Shown here piece by piece: positions 47,444-56,135 of a stretch of 64,000 nucleotides of DNA. The stretch spans positions 8,619 through 72,618 of the forward strand of contig CAYOLA010000067.1 of the NCBI GenBank assembly GCA_964404735.1, read 5' to 3'. Every line of letters starts with the position of its first letter. Within the stretch, counting starts at the first letter, position 1. Below the pieces are notes generated by a model, which did no database searches, had not been told where the DNA came from, and was given only the letters and a program-made list of their open reading frames with translations. This DNA is from an uncultured Bacteroidales bacterium. Lineage in GTDB: Bacteria; Bacteroidota; Bacteroidia; Bacteroidales; B18-G4. The translations under genes and the position numbers were made by a program.

Positions 47444-48475
47444 CTACAACTTTTGATAGGTGGTATAAGTGTCCCATTTTTTAATCACCTCCTGCATGTC
47501 GGTGGGCAATTCCGAGTCAAAAAACATCTCTTCGCCGCTCAGCGGGTGCTGAAAACCCAGTGATTGTGCATGCAGGGCCTGGCGGGGAAGCAAGGCAAAG
47601 CAGTTGATTACAAATTGCCGGTATTTTGTAAAGGTTGTCCCTTTCAGGATGCGGTTTCCGCCGTAAGCGGTATCGTTGAAAAGGGGATGCCCCGCATATT
47701 TTAAATGTGCCCTGATCTGATGAGTCCTGCCTGTTTCCAGGGTGCACTCGAGGAGGGTAACATAGTTGAACCTGCGAAGGACTTTCCAGTGTGTGACTGC
47801 ATATTTGCCAGTTTCCCCATCTTCAAAAACGGTCATCACCTTTCTGTTTTTGGGGCTGCGTGCCAGATTGCCGGTAATGGTTCCTGAATCTTCTTCCATG
47901 TCGCCCCATACCAGCGCGTTGTATTTGCGCCTGATGCGATGATTGTAAAAGTCCCTTGCCAGGATGGTCTGGGCTATCTCGTTTTTTGCTGCCATCATGA
48001 TGCCCGAAGTATCTTTGTCGATGCGGTGTACCAGGAAAGGTAATGCCTCAGGGTCGGATGTGGTTTCCCTCAGGTGATGGGCCAGCGCATTCACCAGGGT
48101 GCCGGTATAATTTGCATAGGCGGGATGCACCACCATGCCCGCAGCCTTGTTGATCACCAGGATGTCGTCATCTTCATAAACAATGTCGAGGGGAATATCT
48201 TCGGGCAGGATCTCCGTATCACGCGGAGCTTCCGGCATCACCACCGAAATTTGGTCGCCGGGTTTAACCCTGTAGTTTTGTTTTACCGCCTGTTCGTTCA
48301 CCAGGATACAGCCTGCCTTTGCTGCCTGCTGTATCTTGTTCCGCGAAGCATTCTCGATGCGGGTCATCAGGAACTTGTCGATGCGCAGCAGGCCCTGGCC
48401 GGGATCGGCTATAAAACGGAAATGTTCATACATTTCCTGTTCCTGCTCCATCGGTTCATCCGCTTCGCGCATCAT
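47444..48475 (-). CDS. rluD: RluA-family 23S rRNA pseudouridine synthase (RluD-like)
   Basis: S4-like N-terminus (LRIDKFL...SRNKIQQA) and catalytic motif LVHRIDKDTSGIMMAAK, RTHQIRAHL. Confidence 0.88.
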   Translation of the reverse strand: MMREADEPMEQEQEMYEHFRFIADPGQGLLRIDKFLMTRIENASRNKIQQAAKAGCILVNEQAVKQNYRVKPGDQISVVMPEAPRDTEILPEDIPLDIVYEDDDILVINKAAGMVVHPAYANYTGTLVNALAHHLRETTSDPEALPFLVHRIDKDTSGIMMAAKNEIAQTILARDFYNHRIRRKYNALVWGDMEEDSGTITGNLARSPKNRKVMTVFEDGETGKYAVTHWKVLRRFNYVTLLECTLETGRTHQIRAHLKYAGHPLFNDTAYGGNRILKGTTFTKYRQFVINCFALLPRQALHAQSLGFQHPLSGEEMFFDSELPTDMQEVIKKWDTYTTYQKL

Positions 48476-48481
48476 GCCTGA

Positions 48482-50635
48482 TCACTGGTTAATAAGAATT
48501 TTCCTGACAGCATGGATGCTGCCGTCATCACCGTGAATATGCACAAGATACATGCCTTTTTGTAAATGGCCCAGCATGGTTTCATTGCTGAAGGCCTGCC
48601 TGTGCACCACCCTTCCCAACATGTCATGAATGGTAATTGTCAGGCCTCCATATTTCCCTGAATGAATGTCGATAATGCTGTTGTCGATATACATAATGCC
48701 GTTTAAAAGGGGATTGGGATAAACCCGCCAGGCTTCATTCAACAGGGTGTTATCGTTAACAATAAACGGATCGTAATACTGGTAAAGTACCGGTCTCATT
48801 AAAAGTGAACCCTGGTAGGCCGAGGATTCCCATTCCCCGTTGACATTAAAGAAAAGGTTTGCCGAAGCGTCATTGTAGGTGTCGAAGCCAACATTCAGGT
48901 TGTCGGGCGTGGTCTGCTCCCATCCGATAAAAAAGGTGCCAATGACCGGAACGGGCGGATCAATTTCATAAATATGCATCCGGTATAAGTCATCACTGAA
49001 TTTTGGCTTCAGGTTTTCCTTTTCCCATATTACGTTCCCGGGCCTGCCATTGTTGTTGTCCCATACTTTCAGGGTGAAGAATTGGTCGTTCTGGTTGTTT
49101 TGAACATGGTTGAAGAACATGGCAATTCCCTTGAGCGAATCGGCGATGTTCAAAGAAAACCTAAACCCGACCTGGCCTCCGGAAAGGCTGAGGCCGTACC
49201 CCAGCTCAGGTGTGCCATCATCGTAGGCATAATAATTATAAAACTTTTGTATAAAACTGATGGTATCGCCAAGATCGGGGTTGCTTTGGTCGCGGATCAC
49301 ATGCCTGATGCGGAAGCTGCTGCTGTCGGCCTGGCTGCTCAGTGGGAAAAGGAAAGTGCGCGGCGGACAGGCATGCTGAGGTACGTTGTCGCAGCTCTGA
49401 TAACCGGCGCTAATAAACGGGTAAAGATTGGCAAAGCCTCCGTTATAAGTTGTGGTGAAGGGGCCTCCTGTTTCGTCAACGAGATATTCGTAGTAAACAT
49501 TGAAGGTATCGGCACTGAGATTGGTAATAAATAACTGAATTGCATCCTTTAGCTGATTGGTTGGATCGTTACGGTATTGCCGCAGGGGCATGGAGGTAAA
49601 GTCTTTAAGAAAGGAGGGAGCCCTTTCGGCAAAGGTGATGGTCCTGTATAAGCTATCACCTGCCGACCGGTTTGTGTTCAGGTATATGTAATCGATATTC
49701 CACTGGTCGCAGTTGCCTCTCCAACTGGGATTGAACTCGCTCGACAGGCTTGCGTAATTATAAAAGCGAAAGAAAAAGTTCTTCCTGTAGTAGCGGGCAC
49801 TGTCGCCGACCGGAATGAGCACCTGCCTGCAGTAAGTGTTGTAGGTATCGTAGAATGATTCAAGTGACATTCCTTCCGTTGACCATATATGTTCCCACTG
49901 AATGGCCGGAAAATAAACAGAATCGCAGGGCAGGGTTATCACATCGCCCCATACGATGGTATCGTAGTTGATCAGGTAAATTCCCGGGTTACACTGTGGT
50001 GGTGCAAAAATGGTGTCCCCCGGAAAGATGGTGTCGCCCGGCCCGCTAAGGTAATTACTTGCCGAAACGGTAACAGAGTCAATGTAGGCAAATATGGAAT
50101 CGCCGGCAAAATAGCCAAATTGCAGTACAAGTGAATCAAATGATTCGGGCTGATTTCCCCTGCCCTGGGGCTGGTAATAAAAGCTGAAGTAAACAGAATC
50201 GGCTACCGTGATAGCCCTGGTCTCTCCCGGAAGGAAAAGGGAGTCGAGGCGGATGGGCCGGGAAGTAAGGTGGTCGGCAATAAAGGGGAAGGTACTGGCA
50301 TTGGCATAAAGATTTCCATGCTCATCAATGGCATCCAGTGTGGCAACACCGATGTTAACCGAACGGTAGGCAAAATCATCATTGATGTATGCATCCCTGT
50401 CGGTAAAAAGGGCAGTATCAGGGAAAATATGGTCGGTATGGAAATCAGTGAATACGGGCAGCCTGATGGGAGCCGGATAGCCTGTTTCAAAGGATCTTTC
50501 TGTACCGCTGACCATATTTGCTTTCAGCTCATGCAGTATCCTCGGGTTCTGATATAATCCCATAAGCTGTTCCTGGCCGGTTGAAACTTCTCTGACCAGC
50601 AGAAAGGCAAATAAGAGGAGGAGGGTTCGTATCAT
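48482..50635 (-). CDS. T9SS cargo protein of unknown function (717 aa)
   Basis: Signal peptide MIRTLLLLFAFLLVREVSTGQ. The ~620-aa body has no motif I recognise. T9SS CTD (VYPNPLLNGIMYID...GMYLVHIHGDDGSIHAVRKILINQ). Confidence 0.7.
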   Translation of the reverse strand: MIRTLLLLFAFLLVREVSTGQEQLMGLYQNPRILHELKANMVSGTERSFETGYPAPIRLPVFTDFHTDHIFPDTALFTDRDAYINDDFAYRSVNIGVATLDAIDEHGNLYANASTFPFIADHLTSRPIRLDSLFLPGETRAITVADSVYFSFYYQPQGRGNQPESFDSLVLQFGYFAGDSIFAYIDSVTVSASNYLSGPGDTIFPGDTIFAPPQCNPGIYLINYDTIVWGDVITLPCDSVYFPAIQWEHIWSTEGMSLESFYDTYNTYCRQVLIPVGDSARYYRKNFFFRFYNYASLSSEFNPSWRGNCDQWNIDYIYLNTNRSAGDSLYRTITFAERAPSFLKDFTSMPLRQYRNDPTNQLKDAIQLFITNLSADTFNVYYEYLVDETGGPFTTTYNGGFANLYPFISAGYQSCDNVPQHACPPRTFLFPLSSQADSSSFRIRHVIRDQSNPDLGDTISFIQKFYNYYAYDDGTPELGYGLSLSGGQVGFRFSLNIADSLKGIAMFFNHVQNNQNDQFFTLKVWDNNNGRPGNVIWEKENLKPKFSDDLYRMHIYEIDPPVPVIGTFFIGWEQTTPDNLNVGFDTYNDASANLFFNVNGEWESSAYQGSLLMRPVLYQYYDPFIVNDNTLLNEAWRVYPNPLLNGIMYIDNSIIDIHSGKYGGLTITIHDMLGRVVHRQAFSNETMLGHLQKGMYLVHIHGDDGSIHAVRKILINQ

Positions 50636-50660
50636 GATCTGATTATTTCATCATTTATAA

Positions 50661-51506
50661 TTAAAACTCCGGAAACACCTTGTTGGTTGTATCAATTATG
50701 TTTAATGTATCGGGCCTGAGCTGTTCGATCAGTGCCTGGAAATCGAAATACAGGTCTGACCGAAGGGAAATATCGATGGTATTGCCCTTGAAGAACAAAG
50801 CATTATCTGACCAGGCGGGGTTTTGTCTGTATACCCTTGCATGTCTGGCATCCACCTCGTCGAGGTAGTAGACGCTTCCGAGGTTGAAGGAAGCGATATT
50901 GATCGCATCCTTTGCCTCCCTGAAAGTCAGTCCGGCCAGGAATGGAACCGGTACATAATGGTCCCGGCCAAGGCCGACCACCAGGTCAATGGCCGCCCCT
51001 TTTTCGATGAAGGTGCCCGCTTCGATCACCTCATCATCGAATAATTGCTCAAGGACGGCATTTCCCGCAAAATCTTCAACATATTGAAGGCTGTTTATCT
51101 CCAGCCCTTTCGACCTGAGGGTATTTACTGCCTGCCGCAGGCTCAGGTCGATCAGGTCGGGCATTTCTGTCTTTTCTACCGAAAAAGCCACGGTTGTTAT
51201 GTATACCTTGCGGTGTTTCTTAACCATCGAACCTGCCGGCGGATTTTGAATAACCACTGAGCCTTTGGGATTTTGATTGTCAAAAATCGAGTCGATAACC
51301 ACAAACTCATACAGCTTATGATAATTTTCGTTTTCAATATCTGCCATGGTTTTTCCGGTCAGGTCCGGAAGGATATAGGTATCGCCATGATCTGTATAAA
51401 CCTTGATGAACTGCAGGGCCAGAAAAAACAGGATGATGGTCAGCAGCACGCTAAGACCCAGGTGCAGATAAAACTTTTTTTTGAACAGGAAACCGACAAA
51501 AGACAT
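50661..51506 (-). CDS. Membrane-anchored PASTA-domain protein (three PASTA repeats)
   Basis: N-terminal TM helix, then three ~65-aa repeats starting LPDLTGKTMADIE, MPDLIDLSLRQAVNTL and VPFLAGLTFREAKDAI. Confidence 0.8.
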   Translation of the reverse strand: MSFVGFLFKKKFYLHLGLSVLLTIILFFLALQFIKVYTDHGDTYILPDLTGKTMADIENENYHKLYEFVVIDSIFDNQNPKGSVVIQNPPAGSMVKKHRKVYITTVAFSVEKTEMPDLIDLSLRQAVNTLRSKGLEINSLQYVEDFAGNAVLEQLFDDEVIEAGTFIEKGAAIDLVVGLGRDHYVPVPFLAGLTFREAKDAINIASFNLGSVYYLDEVDARHARVYRQNPAWSDNALFFKGNTIDISLRSDLYFDFQALIEQLRPDTLNIIDTTNKVFPEF

Positions 51507-51598
51507 GTGGCTGTTTGTGTTAAATTCCGGATATTTGCAGGCAGCAGCCGGCTTTGCAGATTTAACTGTAAAACCCGGCGGATATTGCCTGAAACAGG

Positions 51599-51606
51599 CA
51601 AAGATA
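51599..51606 (-). promoter_or_regulatory. -7 box TATCTTTG upstream of the PASTA operon, abutting a 7-bp hairpin
   Basis: Minus strand reads TATCTTTG, 93 nt upstream of the PASTA ATG. It overlaps the hairpin TTGCCTG-aaa-CAGGCAA (51585-51601). Confidence 0.35.
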
Positions 51607-51735
51607 TGAATTTATTATATAAATTTACCGGATGCCGGCGTTATCAACAGGTGATGCATATACGGATGCAGGTTCCGGTTTTCAGTACTATCTTGGCCTA
51701 TTCTTATAATTTCGGCAGGAGAAAATAATATAATC

Positions 51736-52716
51736 ATGATAAAAAGGGTGGCAATTGTTGCAGGTGGTGACTCCGGTGAGTATGAGGTCTCGCTGAAAAG
51801 CGCCGAAATCGTCCGGCAAAGCCTTGATGCGGAGAGGTATGAAGCATATCTGTTGATCATGCGTGGCAAACAGTGGGTCTTTAACGGAAAGGATGGCGAA
51901 AAAATCCCGGTCAATAAGGATGACTTCAGCCTGCTGCTCGATGGTATGAAAATTACTTTTGATGTTGTTTTTATTGCCATTCACGGTACGCCGGGTGAAG
52001 ACGGGAAACTGCAGGGCTACCTCGACATGCTGGGGATTCCCTATACCTCCTCGGGGCAGGTCACTTCGGCGCTGACTTTCGATAAAGACCTTTGCAAGCG
52101 TGTTGTTGCTTCCTGGGGGATCCGTGTTGCCCCTTCCGTTACACTTGGAAGAAAGGAATCCTTCGATATCTCTGATATTATCAAAACAACAGGCCTTCCC
52201 TGTTTTGTCAAGCCCAACAAGGGCGGTTCAAGCGTTGGCATGTCGAAGGTAACCGTTGCAGAAGAGCTGGCAGATGCCATTCATTTGGCCTTTGTGGAGG
52301 ATGACCAGGTGATGATCGAAGCTTTTATTCCGGGTCGTGAAATAACCTGCGGGGTTATCCCGGGTGAGAAGGGCATACAATCACTGCCTGTTACCGAGAT
52401 CATCACCAAGAACGCGTTTTTTGATTATGAAGCGAAATATACGGATGGCGTGACGGATGAGATCACTCCTGCCGACATTCCTTCCGAAATCAGCCTTCGG
52501 TGCCGCCAATTGTCTGAAATGCTCTACCGTAAACTTAATTGCAGGGGTTTTGTGCGTTGCGATTATATTTATAACAATGAGGGGATGTTCTTACTCGAAG
52601 TGAATACGGTGCCCGGCCTTAGCCCGAACAGCATCCTTCCGCAACAGGCCTGCGCTAAAGGCATCAGCCTGCAACAACTATTTTCTGCCGCCATAGAACA
52701 GGCCCTGAAATATTAG
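51736..52716 (+). CDS. ddl: D-alanine--D-alanine ligase
   Basis: [31 protein letters not shown]-grasp body ([12 protein letters not shown]), EVNTVPGLS. Confidence 0.92.
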   Translation: MIKRVAIVAGGDSGEYEVSLKSAEIVRQSLDAERYEAYLLIMRGKQWVFNGKDGEKIPVNKDDFSLLLDGMKITFDVVFIAIHGTPGEDGKLQGYLDMLGIPYTSSGQVTSALTFDKDLCKRVVASWGIRVAPSVTLGRKESFDISDIIKTTGLPCFVKPNKGGSSVGMSKVTVAEELADAIHLAFVEDDQVMIEAFIPGREITCGVIPGEKGIQSLPVTEIITKNAFFDYEAKYTDGVTDEITPADIPSEISLRCRQLSEMLYRKLNCRGFVRCDYIYNNEGMFLLEVNTVPGLSPNSILPQQACAKGISLQQLFSAAIEQALKY

Positions 52717-53303
52717 GTGTTTTCTGTTCCCGCCAGGTAAGAAACCAGTTTATGGATCGCTTTTCCCCTGTGGCTGATTTGATTCTTTAGCTCAAGCGGC
52801 ATTTCCGCAAAACTATGTTCGTATCCGTCGGGAACAAATACCGGGTCATAACCAAAACCTTCTTTTCCCCTTGCGGCTTCAATGATCCTTCCTTCTGCAA
52901 TACCTTCGAAGTGTTTGATATTTCCATTGGATATCAGCGAAATGACTGTTCTGAACCTGGCGTTGCGATCCCTTATGCCTTCCATTTCCGTAAGCAGGCG
53001 GTAAATGTTTTTTTCTGCATTCCCCTCTTCGCCGGCATAACGGGCCGAGAACACACCGGGCCTTCCATCCAGCGTTTTAACTTCCAGGCCGGTGTCGTCG
53101 GCAAAGCAGTCGAGACCGTATTTTTCATAAACATAGCGGGCTTTCAGGTCTGCATTTCCCTCCAGGGTCAGTGCCGTTTCCTCAATTGCTTCAACACAGC
53201 CGATATCATGAAGCCCCAACAGCATATATCCCTGCGGGATGATCTTTCTCACCTCCTCAAGCTTATGCTTGTTCTGTGTGGCGAAAACGAGTTTTTTCTT
53301 CAT
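52713..53303 (-). CDS. rdgB: Non-canonical purine NTP pyrophosphatase (RdgB/HAM1)
   Basis: [44 protein letters not shown]. Confidence 0.9.
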   Translation of the reverse strand: MKKKLVFATQNKHKLEEVRKIIPQGYMLLGLHDIGCVEAIEETALTLEGNADLKARYVYEKYGLDCFADDTGLEVKTLDGRPGVFSARYAGEEGNAEKNIYRLLTEMEGIRDRNARFRTVISLISNGNIKHFEGIAEGRIIEAARGKEGFGYDPVFVPDGYEHSFAEMPLELKNQISHRGKAIHKLVSYLAGTENT

Positions 53304-53311
53304 AGGTTCTT

Positions 53312-53353
53312 AAATAGAAAAAGGGGGAAACCAAAGATATCATGGTTTCCCCT
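53312..53353 (-). terminator. Rho-independent terminator after the SGNH gene, with the rdgB -7 box in its loop
   Basis: Perfect 9-bp stem GGGGAAACC (53324-53332) / GGTTTCCCC (53344-53352) with an 11-nt loop. On the minus strand it is followed by CTTTTTCTATTT. Confidence 0.65.
53332..53339 (-). promoter_or_regulatory. -7 box TATCTTTG upstream of rdgB
   Basis: Minus strand reads TATCTTTG, 29 nt upstream of the rdgB ATG. It lies in the loop and 3' arm of the hairpin above. Confidence 0.45.
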
Positions 53354-53407
53354 TGTTTTATCAGCCGATTAACAATGAACTGCAGCTAATGATTGATAAT
53401 GTTGGGT

Positions 53408-54808
53408 TTACGGATATTGAACGGCTGCATAATCGGTAATGTTCACTTGTGGCAGGGATGCGCCATACGCCTGGTTGATGGCCGCTATAAAATAATGTGC
53501 CACCATGGCATTCCCTACGGGGGTCAGATGTATGCCGTCGAGTGAGAAAATGTTGCCCTGCACAAAAGTGGCATTCAATTCCACGCCGTCGATGATCAGG
53601 CCTTCGGTCGACAATGTGCTCATGGCTTTGTTCAGGTCGACATGGGCCAGGTTGTTCAGTACACTTACATCCCTGATCTTATCATTGAAGGCATTGATCG
53701 CATTCTCGATATTTTCAACTTCGTGGCCAATTAAGGTGAACTGGGCCGGTATGGGCTTTTGTGAGCCCCAGCCGGCACAGAACAATGAATCCTGCGGACA
53801 TGATAACAATATCAGTTCGTTGGCACCGATCTGCCTGAATCCGCCCAGCAGGTTGTATGGCTGGTTGGTGTCGGCAATGATAAAAGCATTGTATCCGGCG
53901 CTGAATTCTATTTTTGGTACGGGAAGCTGGAACTGGTCGATGGCTGCATTGTAGGGTGCGTATGCGGCATTAAGCTGCCCGGCCTGGTCGGCATCGAGTT
54001 GCAGTGCGTTGTATTTTACTGTAGTGAAGAAAGGGATACTGGTAATATCCGGTATGTTTGCGATGGCTCCTTTCTGGTTACCGGCCGTCAGGCTTGCGAT
54101 GATGGCATCATAGGCTCCGCTGAACTGTTGTTCGGGTGTGATGGCAGTGGTCGGGTTCATGGGGTTGATCTCGCCTCCGGCAAGTGCATACCCGAGCACA
54201 TCGTTATTCCCGATCCACAGGCTGAAGAAGGTGAAAGGGAGCTTATCCACTTCACCAATGATTGCATCTGTCTGGGGGTTTTCGGCAAAACGCCCGTAAT
54301 AATTATTGAGTTGACCGTAACCGGGGAAGAGCAGATCAACCGATCTGGCACCCGGAACGCCGATATTGTTAAAAGGCCCCTGTGCCGACACAGAAGTGGT
54401 AAGCGCCAGGAACAATTCCTGCTGGTTGGCATTTGGATCGGCCAGGACCGGGCCCAGCGAGGTTCTGTCCAGGCAGTCCTGCCTGTAACCCAAAACATAT
54501 TTTGTGTTCAAAACAGGGGTGAGGCCTGTACCGCCCACGCCCACACCCAGCTCGGTGTTTATAAGCGGTTGTTTGAAATCACCCCCGCCAACAGTTTTAA
54601 ACTGCATGGCAAGGATATTGGGAAAGGAATTTTCCTGTCCGGAAGTGTATAGGGCACCGTCGGCAAAGCCGGCAGTGAGGGAGTTTCCGGCTGCGAGGTA
54701 GACCGTAAAGTCGGCCGTGCCTTTATTGATGTCAAATTCGTCAATTTCAGGCTTGCAGGAAGCAATCGCAGCGATGATAATGATCAATATATAATATTTG
54801 TATTTCAT
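53408..54808 (-). CDS. SGNH/GDSL-family hydrolase lipoprotein
   Basis: Lipobox AAIASC. Block I is AAGNSLTAGF (Ser nucleophile position), and block V D-x-x-H is SLDGIHLT. Confidence 0.75.
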   Translation of the reverse strand: MKYKYYILIIIIAAIASCKPEIDEFDINKGTADFTVYLAAGNSLTAGFADGALYTSGQENSFPNILAMQFKTVGGGDFKQPLINTELGVGVGGTGLTPVLNTKYVLGYRQDCLDRTSLGPVLADPNANQQELFLALTTSVSAQGPFNNIGVPGARSVDLLFPGYGQLNNYYGRFAENPQTDAIIGEVDKLPFTFFSLWIGNNDVLGYALAGGEINPMNPTTAITPEQQFSGAYDAIIASLTAGNQKGAIANIPDITSIPFFTTVKYNALQLDADQAGQLNAAYAPYNAAIDQFQLPVPKIEFSAGYNAFIIADTNQPYNLLGGFRQIGANELILLSCPQDSLFCAGWGSQKPIPAQFTLIGHEVENIENAINAFNDKIRDVSVLNNLAHVDLNKAMSTLSTEGLIIDGVELNATFVQGNIFSLDGIHLTPVGNAMVAHYFIAAINQAYGASLPQVNITDYAAVQYP

Positions 54809-54825
54809 GGCTAAGTGCTTTTAAA

Positions 54826-56040
54826 TTAGAAATTATAACTGAGACCGATTCCCGGAATAGCCGTGATGACTTTATACTTTCCGCCAAAATTTGCCGGTTC
54901 GTAACGCTTTTCTGTTTCCAGTCCGTGCAACTGAATGTAGGAAAGGTCTATGCTCAGGTTTTTCACCGGGGCAATGCTTATGCCCAATGTCCATCCAATG
55001 GTGTTCAGGCTCACGGTTTCGGGGTTGAAGTAGTCGTCATTGGTTGGGGAGGGGTCGTAATACAAGCCGGCCCTGAAAGTGAAAGTATTGTTCATGGCAT
55101 ATTGTGCACCGATGCGCCCGATAAAAGAGTCCTTGTATTTTCTGGGATTAACAGAACCAAGCAGATCATTTTGCTCTTCGAAAGTAAATTCCAGTTCTTC
55201 ATAAATGCTCCACATTACGTAGTTCATTTCAAGGGCTAAAGTGAACTTTTCAGTGAATTCATATGCAATGCCGATATCAAGATTGGCAGGCATGGGAAGT
55301 TCGGCATTGAATTTATTCTTTTCGGGGATGCTTGATGAAAGGGCATCGGGTACATTGAAAGTGGCATCACCGTCTTCAACTTTCATCAATACTTTTGAAC
55401 GATAGTCAATCCCGATGCTGAGGTTTTCCAACGGTCTTACCATCACACCTGCATTAAAACCGATGTTGCCGGCTGTCCCGCTCAGTTCCACCGAGGAATT
55501 GTCATTATAAGGCAGGGCCTTGTTCAGGTCAACGGTTCCATAGGCATATACAAAACCGGCGCCGATGGAAATAAACTCGTTGATCTTATACCCGATGGTG
55601 GGTTGAAAGTAGATGGCCGAGAGCGAAATGTTCTGTATCAGGTAGCGACCGGCCCAGTCGTCATCCCATTTGGCCGTGCTGCCAAAGGGTGTATACACAC
55701 CAAGGCCGATTGACAGCTTATCGGTGATCATGCCGGCTCCGTAAAAATAGAAGGGAGTACCCATCGGGTTATCGGTGCGTGCCTGGTAATCGGTAGCATC
55801 TTTCTGAAACACGGCATTGGCCATAATTCCGCTAACACCTGCGGAAAAACTGAATTTCGTGTCCATCATCGAGAGACCGCCGGGGTTGTAAAAGATGCTG
55901 CTTGCACCCAGCGCAAAAGGGGAACCCACTAACCCCATTCCGGTTTGTTTCTGACCCTGTAACCGGACCTGATAACCACCCGCAGTGGCTGCCCATGACA
56001 CAATCGTTACAAGGAACACAAATAATAATAGTCTTTTCAT
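54826..56040 (-). CDS. FadL/OMPP1/TodX-family outer-membrane transporter for hydrophobic compounds
   Basis: Signal peptide MKRLLLFVFLVTIVSWAATAGG. N-terminal GYQVRLQGQKQTGMGLVG hatch-like region. Long barrel ending GIGLSYNF. Start placed at the internal ATG 56040. Confidence 0.75.
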   Translation of the reverse strand: MKRLLLFVFLVTIVSWAATAGGYQVRLQGQKQTGMGLVGSPFALGASSIFYNPGGLSMMDTKFSFSAGVSGIMANAVFQKDATDYQARTDNPMGTPFYFYGAGMITDKLSIGLGVYTPFGSTAKWDDDWAGRYLIQNISLSAIYFQPTIGYKINEFISIGAGFVYAYGTVDLNKALPYNDNSSVELSGTAGNIGFNAGVMVRPLENLSIGIDYRSKVLMKVEDGDATFNVPDALSSSIPEKNKFNAELPMPANLDIGIAYEFTEKFTLALEMNYVMWSIYEELEFTFEEQNDLLGSVNPRKYKDSFIGRIGAQYAMNNTFTFRAGLYYDPSPTNDDYFNPETVSLNTIGWTLGISIAPVKNLSIDLSYIQLHGLETEKRYEPANFGGKYKVITAIPGIGLSYNF

Positions 56041-56135
56041 GGTGAGATTTTTGGTTAATAATAGCGGCAAGATAGAAAAATTTTTAACAAAAAATTAATA
56101 TTGATAAAAAAGCATTTTTATATATGTCCGATTTT

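Noticed and set aside
52713-52716. Convergent overlap of the ddl and rdgB stop codons
   Set aside because: This is a real but trivial 3-4-nt overlap of convergent 3' ends, with no functional implication I can support.
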